From positions 27,447-91,446 of the forward strand of contig CANJWH010000001.1 of NCBI GenBank assembly GCA_947478465.1: DNA of 64,000 bases, given 5' to 3'. This DNA comes from Bacteroidota bacterium. Its GTDB lineage: Bacteria > Bacteroidota > Bacteroidia > SXHM01. A program made the translations under genes and the position numbers. Positions 58,849 through 64,000 of this stretch are shown here, in pieces (position 1 is the stretch's first letter; each line of letters opens with the position of its first letter). The notes under the pieces are model-generated. The model worked only from the letters and a program-made list of their open reading frames with translations. It was not told the origin of the DNA and did not search any database.

Positions 58849-60468
58849 TTATGCGGTTACTACTTTTTCAACCTGTTTTCTTACTTCATTCACCAATCCC
58901 GGATTTTTTAAAACCGCTGACGCGGTTATTAACCCGGCAAATAATGCGCCACCAATTCCAACAGTAACAACGTCTTGACCTGTAAGAAAAAGATTTTTTA
59001 CAGGAGTATGAGCTCTTAAAAATTTATGTCTAAAACGGTCTGTGGTGTGATCAATTCCGTAAATCTCGCCACTTGCATAAGAAGTAAAATGTTTGGTTGA
59101 TAGGGGAGAAGACAATTCGTAAAAATCAACCTTGCCTTTCAGTTGCGGAACTGTTTTATAAAGTTGTTCCAGCAAACGGTTCGAGAAATTCTCTTTCAGT
59201 TTTTCATATTCATCACCACGTTTTTTCCAACGTGCATCTTCCCAGTCTTTAAACCATTCGTAAGGAGCAAGTGTGATAATTTCAACCGTTGATTTTCCCG
59301 GATAGCGATTTTCCCAATCTGGATCTTTGGCTGATGGAAATGAAATGTAAACCACAGGAAATTCTTTGCTAGGATCAGCAATAAAATCTTTAACCGCTTT
59401 ATCGTGATCGTAATGCGGATAAATCCAATAGTTGGCATTTCCCTGATTAAGATTTTTCCAGCTTTCTTTTATGCCGATGTAAAGACAAACGTGCGCAACC
59501 GATGGCTGCACCAATTTCAATTTTTCACGCATCCCGTGTTTGTCGGCAACCTCATTGTTTACCAGATGTCCAAATGTATTTTCAATTCCGGCATTGCTTA
59601 TAATTATAGGGGCAAATAATTCACTGCCATCTTCCATTTTTACGCCAACAGCTTTATTGTCTTTTATGATAATTTCTTGTACCCCTGCATTTACAAAAAC
59701 TTCTCCACCGGCATTTTTTATAATAGGATAAATGGTTTCGGCAATTCGTTGTGCGCCTCCTATTGGATAAGCACCCCCATTGATGTAATGTTTTGCCACC
59801 ATTGCATGAATGGCAAAACTGCTTGATGCAGGAGGCAAACCATAATCACCGTATTGTCCTGCCAAAACACCAATCAATTCTTTGTTTTTGGTGAAACTTT
59901 GCAAAACCTCTAATGTTGTTCTATCGCTTTGTTTTAAAAAAGGTGGCTTAAAAAATAAACCTGCAATACTTCCAAGAAAAGGAGGCAACGCGCGCTCACT
60001 GAAAAAATTTGCTGCACTATGTGCGGTTTTGTAAATCAGGTAAACATATTCGTCAATGGCATCTTCCTCGCCCGGAAAATATTCCTTCATCTTCTTCAGG
60101 AAATTTTCTTTGCCGGCTACATAATCGTATTGTTTTCCGGCAATCACCATTTTGTCATACACAGCATCCATCTCAGCCCATTTCAACTCACCATCGGTAA
60201 CGTAATTGAAGAGTTGATAAAGAAAAGTTTTTTCGCGGTTTACTTCGCCCACATAATGTAAACCAACATCCCATTCATAATCTCTGCGTTTGAAAACATG
60301 AGTAAAACCACCGGCCACATAATGCTTCTCCAGCACCAATACTTTTTTCTTCGCTTTTTTTGCAAGAATTGCAGCGGTTCCTAAGCCGCCAAGCCCCGAG
60401 CCAATTACAATGGCATCGTAATTTTCACTTGAATGCTGTTTTTTATAGGAAGGCCAAGATTTTGACAT
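58849..60468 (-). CDS. FAD-dependent oxidoreductase, phytoene-desaturase (CrtI)-like family
   Basis: 539 aa. N-terminal dinucleotide fold YDAIVIGSGLGGLGTAAILA…EKHYVAGG. Confidence 0.7.
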   Translation of the reverse strand: MSKSWPSYKKQHSSENYDAIVIGSGLGGLGTAAILAKKAKKKVLVLEKHYVAGGFTHVFKRRDYEWDVGLHYVGEVNREKTFLYQLFNYVTDGELKWAEMDAVYDKMVIAGKQYDYVAGKENFLKKMKEYFPGEEDAIDEYVYLIYKTAHSAANFFSERALPPFLGSIAGLFFKPPFLKQSDRTTLEVLQSFTKNKELIGVLAGQYGDYGLPPASSSFAIHAMVAKHYINGGAYPIGGAQRIAETIYPIIKNAGGEVFVNAGVQEIIIKDNKAVGVKMEDGSELFAPIIISNAGIENTFGHLVNNEVADKHGMREKLKLVQPSVAHVCLYIGIKESWKNLNQGNANYWIYPHYDHDKAVKDFIADPSKEFPVVYISFPSAKDPDWENRYPGKSTVEIITLAPYEWFKDWEDARWKKRGDEYEKLKENFSNRLLEQLYKTVPQLKGKVDFYELSSPLSTKHFTSYASGEIYGIDHTTDRFRHKFLRAHTPVKNLFLTGQDVVTVGIGGALFAGLITASAVLKNPGLVNEVRKQVEKVVTA

Positions 60469-60486
60469 AGTCTAAGCGTTGGAGTT

Positions 60487-61338
60487 TTAATATCCGTAAT
60501 CTTTGTAACCTTTTGTAAACTCTTCGGGAGCAATAACAGGATTTACTACTATGTTATGATACTCATATGTAGCCATCAATCCTTTAGTGTCATATAGTTC
60601 CTGATAAATTGGCAAGTAGGTTAGTTTATCAATGTAAACAACAATTCTTTTAGCATACGTGATGGGAACTTTAATCACCTGTCCGGCCTTTACAGATGAA
60701 AAACTTTTCAGTCCGTTTATTTCCATCAGGTTGTATTCGCCAACTTTTTTCTTGCGTGCAATTTTTATCAGGTCTTCGCCTGCAAGCACGGTATAATCCA
60801 GTAGCTTATATTCTTTGTTATCTAACACAATTTTATAAACATCTCTTCCGTCCCATTTAATAATTCCTTCATTTTTCATGAATTCGTCTATTTTTTCTTT
60901 GTAACGGTCATGCGCATCTTTAAGCAATTCGCCCGTGTAAACAAATCCAAGTTCATGAATGGTGTGGTGTTGGTCGGTTCTTAAAATATCTCCGTATGGG
61001 TCAAGGTTTAGATTGATATAAGGAAACGCATTTGGATTAACCAGCGCATTGTTATTATTTGTTCCATTGACATATAAAACTTCAGCGCCAACATTTGGTT
61101 TTGCAATTTTCAGATAACATTTAAAAGGGTTTACAGCCATTTTCACTTGTTGGTCACCGGGAGCCATTTTTCCATTTGCCATCCTTTCGTTTTTTACCAA
61201 ACGAAATTTGAGCGTTTTTACATTGGCAATAGAGGCCATCATTTTATCAAACAACTCAGTATGTGCAGGCATTGGTTGTGCCCAAACGGTTGAAAAGACA
61301 GCAGAAAAAGCAATAAAGAGGAAAATCAGTTTTCTCAT
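60487..61338 (-). CDS. Secreted hypothetical protein with a LysM-like segment
   Basis: Signal peptide. YTVLAGEDLIKIARKKKV…LMEINGLKSFSSVKAGQVIKVP resembles LysM. Confidence 0.45.
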   Translation of the reverse strand: MRKLIFLFIAFSAVFSTVWAQPMPAHTELFDKMMASIANVKTLKFRLVKNERMANGKMAPGDQQVKMAVNPFKCYLKIAKPNVGAEVLYVNGTNNNNALVNPNAFPYINLNLDPYGDILRTDQHHTIHELGFVYTGELLKDAHDRYKEKIDEFMKNEGIIKWDGRDVYKIVLDNKEYKLLDYTVLAGEDLIKIARKKKVGEYNLMEINGLKSFSSVKAGQVIKVPITYAKRIVVYIDKLTYLPIYQELYDTKGLMATYEYHNIVVNPVIAPEEFTKGYKDYGY

Positions 61339-61358
61339 TTTTGTATTTAAATTAATAA

Positions 61359-62270
61359 TTAATAGCGGATTACTGCAGCCACAGCATAGTGATCGCTAAG
61401 GTCTTTTCTGGTTTTTGTTTTATCCCAGGCCTGTTGAATAATTTCTATTGTGCGGTCAATCCATGATGAACATTTACCATTTTCTTTTATAAGAATATAA
61501 TCGAGCAACTGCGGAATGCGGGCAGCATCTGCCTTAAATAAATCGTTATCCTTTCCTCCCCAGGTAACAAGATCTTTTATCCAAGATTTTGTTTTTCGCG
61601 GAGCACAATCCTCTGCATTTAACATTGAAAGCATATCGCAATATCCGGCTTCATCAGGAGCGGTATTTAAATCGCCAACAATAAACTGTGGCACATTTTC
61701 TTTTTCAAAAGGCTTAAGCAATTTTTCGGCAATATCTTGAAACTGCTCTTTGCGTACTTCCGGATAATTCTCTGCCTGTAAATGTGTTCCTATCACTTGA
61801 AAAAGTTTTCCGTTTTTTGTCATTTCAACAAGTATCGCTCCTTTTTTAGATATACAGTCGGCAATTTTGCAGGTGTTAAATTCAATTGTTGCAACTGAAG
61901 TAAACTCCAACTTGCTCAAGATCCAAACTCCGCTGTTCAATTTAAGAAATCCACCATCGCCTGGTCCGGCAGAAAATGGAAACTTTTCTTTCAATCCTTC
62001 CCACAAAATTTCTCTTGCCTTTTTTTCAAATGCTTCCTGAAATACAATTACATCATAAGCTTCATTTTTCAGTTGTTCTACTATGGCTTCAGCTCTTTCC
62101 ATTTGTCCTATTTTAGGGAAAAATGTACTTGGCAACATATAAATATTCCATGAAAGAATGCGCAATTCTTCTGTTCCGGTATTTAGCGAAACGGGGTTTT
62201 GTGCTCCGGCTTCAATGGCAGAAAAAATTCCAAAGAAAGAAAACAAAAGTTTTAATAAGCGCAATTGCAT
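61359..62270 (-). CDS. Secreted endonuclease/exonuclease/phosphatase (EEP) family protein
   Basis: 303 aa. Signal peptide, LRILSWNIYMLP N-terminal motif and C-terminal LSDHYAV catalytic His motif. Confidence 0.75.
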   Translation of the reverse strand: MQLRLLKLLFSFFGIFSAIEAGAQNPVSLNTGTEELRILSWNIYMLPSTFFPKIGQMERAEAIVEQLKNEAYDVIVFQEAFEKKAREILWEGLKEKFPFSAGPGDGGFLKLNSGVWILSKLEFTSVATIEFNTCKIADCISKKGAILVEMTKNGKLFQVIGTHLQAENYPEVRKEQFQDIAEKLLKPFEKENVPQFIVGDLNTAPDEAGYCDMLSMLNAEDCAPRKTKSWIKDLVTWGGKDNDLFKADAARIPQLLDYILIKENGKCSSWIDRTIEIIQQAWDKTKTRKDLSDHYAVAAVIRY

Positions 62271-62378
62271 GGAGATGAATTAGAAGTACAAAAATACGAA
62301 GAAACAAGTGCTAAACCCACCAAAATTTGTTTTCATTTAATAAAATCCTAATATTGCCCTAAACAATTCATAATTAAA

Positions 62379-64000
62379 ATGAAAAAATTATTTACACTTT
62401 TTACCTTTTGTTCAATATTTTCTACAATTGCTTTTGCACAGCAGCCTTGGCAAAACAATGGAAAATTGGATGACTTCAGTGAGTTATCAAACACGATTAC
62501 CTTGCCGATGGAAATGCCAGATGGCGTTAAATTAATGACGGATATCTATCTGCCAATTACTAAAGACTGTATGATGGTTGACCTGGGCATAGATATATTA
62601 GGAATGCAAAGCCTCCCCATTGAATTTATCCGCAAAGGAACACAGCTTATTCTTTACGACTCTACATACACCATCAGCAATGGCGATACCATCGGAACTG
62701 CAAACGCAAACCCTTACAAACTTCCTATGATTTTGCAACGCACCCCATACAACAAAGGAAATGGAGATGACCCTGTAGGTTCAATAGTTTCTATTCTTGG
62801 ATATGCTTTCTCTGTTCAGGATATGCGTGGTCGTTATGCTTCTGAAGGCGTTTACTTTCCATTGCAAAGCGATGGATGGGAAAAAAACACCTACCATGCC
62901 AACTGGCAGCATGTATTGGACGAAACAGATCCAAGCGACCCTAAAAACGGAAATCGTCACGAAGATGGATACAATACTATCAAATACATTGTAAACGATT
63001 TCAAGCGTGATTACGACTATGATTTGGATGGCACCCCAGATACCAACGACTTTGTGGTAAACGGTTGGATAGCCATGTTTGGTGCTTCTGCACTTGGTTA
63101 TAATCAATATCAGGCAGCAGCAGCTCATAAAATTGACCCTTCAGCCCCTGGTTTGAAAGCACTGCTTCCGATTGTTGCCCCTAATGAATTCTTTAAAAGT
63201 ACAGGATACCAGAATGGGGTTTTACGCGATCGTTTGGTTACAGGCTGGTTAAAAGGACAAATATTCACTGGTACCAATGACGATCTGATGGACATAGACA
63301 ACGAAATGCAGAACAACATTCACACTTCAAAAGATTACGATCTTCCGAAATCAATGTATGTCAACAATATCTTACAAAGTTATCAGGAAAATAAATTTGA
63401 TGCAGCAGCTCTTGCTATTGATCACTTTGTTTCTATACGTTACGAAGACCAGAATGGAAATCTTGGCCCTTGTGGATACTATCCTAACTCAATAGGCAGG
63501 AAAGATATGGATGCCAGCCGCGGAATGGTTGATTCGGCAGGTAATTGCAAAATGGAACAGCCCGGTGATGTGCTTGGTCAGGACGTTTTCAGTCGATATA
63601 GCAACATGGATGTACCCGCATATCACCTAACGGGATGGTGGGATATCTTTATTGACGGTCAGATTGAAACCTGGGCTTTCATGCGCAAGTTCATTGACCC
63701 TGCTCATGGCAATAATAAAAAACAAAAACTGGTTATTGGCCCTTGGGCTCACCAAACCATTGGCTCAAAAACAACAGGGGACAGAACCTATTCTGATAAT
63801 ATCAGTGATTTGCTTGGTTTTGACTTTGGTGAAGTTTCTGCTACAAATACACCAATCAGCAAAATCCTGAACTCTGAAGTAATAGCATGGTTCCGTTATA
63901 ACCTCAATTATCAGAACGGTAATTACCTGGGGGAGCCCAAATGTGTTATTCCTGAGAGTCCAAGATGGCAGAACGTTGTATCAAGCGGCTTAGTTAAAGT
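62379..64000 (+). CDS. CocE/NonD-family (S15) hydrolase, 5' portion (runs past window end)
   Basis: Not in the ORF track because no stop falls in the window. I translated the frame manually from ATG 62379 to 64000 with no stops. Signal peptide and RTPYNKG…QDMRGRYASEG motifs. Confidence 0.75.
   Translation, partial: MKKLFTLFTFCSIFSTIAFAQQPWQNNGKLDDFSELSNTITLPMEMPDGVKLMTDIYLPITKDCMMVDLGIDILGMQSLPIEFIRKGTQLILYDSTYTISNGDTIGTANANPYKLPMILQRTPYNKGNGDDPVGSIVSILGYAFSVQDMRGRYASEGVYFPLQSDGWEKNTYHANWQHVLDETDPSDPKNGNRHEDGYNTIKYIVNDFKRDYDYDLDGTPDTNDFVVNGWIAMFGASALGYNQYQAAAAHKIDPSAPGLKALLPIVAPNEFFKSTGYQNGVLRDRLVTGWLKGQIFTGTNDDLMDIDNEMQNNIHTSKDYDLPKSMYVNNILQSYQENKFDAAALAIDHFVSIRYEDQNGNLGPCGYYPNSIGRKDMDASRGMVDSAGNCKMEQPGDVLGQDVFSRYSNMDVPAYHLTGWWDIFIDGQIETWAFMRKFIDPAHGNNKKQKLVIGPWAHQTIGSKTTGDRTYSDNISDLLGFDFGEVSATNTPISKILNSEVIAWFRYNLNYQNGNYLGEPKCVIPESPRWQNVVSSGLVK

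Overview
This 64-kb window looks like chromosomal DNA from a Bacteroidota member. The basis is repeated TAnnTTTG -7 promoter boxes, a PorZ-like T9SS-CTD protein, uppS-bamA-skp-skp synteny, and an atpBEFHAG operon lacking atpD/atpC. Most of it is housekeeping: ATP synthase F0/F1 genes, tatC, purB, fbp, murI, deoC, an ALDH, lepA, ybeY, mnmG, an S46 peptidase, an M20 dipeptidase, recO, a PGI/PMI SIS protein, lipB, rpiB, an acyl-CoA dehydrogenase, RidA, hemolysin III, and a CocE/NonD hydrolase that runs off the 3' end and is missing from the ORF track. One tRNA-Arg(CCG) is present. There are no CRISPR arrays, rRNA genes or recognisable transposases.

The unusual content is mostly regulatory DNA and small accessory modules:
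- Three short genes of unknown cargo (HTH / 311-aa orphan / HTH) sit in a ~3.2-kb insertion between lepA and ybeY. A perfectly 21-bp-phased array of at least 4-7 direct repeats (TTGTAACGGGCGGTA) abuts the start codon of one HTH gene, with a strong bidirectional terminator beside it. This is my top candidate for an undescribed system.
- A second array of at least 6 copies of CCGTACATAT, spaced at multiples of 21 bp, lies upstream of an orphan 227-aa gene.
- At least four families of short dispersed or palindromic intergenic repeats recur, including ATTCGT hexamer arrays at the lepA and ybeY gene starts.
- A 16-bp perfect palindrome occurs twice around the start of a methyltransferase gene.
- Five consecutive lipoprotein or TAT-secreted genes of unknown function form a cluster that includes a DUF1501-like protein.
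- A 193-aa protein carries a caspase/CHAT-like His...Cys dyad.
- A DUF4258/DUF2283 toxin-antitoxin-like pair sits immediately 3' of the tRNA.
- A ParE-like toxin-antitoxin pair is at the 5' end.
- An HATPase-only kinase-like protein is paired with a REC-only regulator.
- A MORN protein, a 1153-aa multi-PAS histidine kinase and a LytTR regulator lie behind a ~480-bp extremely AT-rich region.

All functional calls come from reading the translated ORFs and motifs by eye. No database searches were run.
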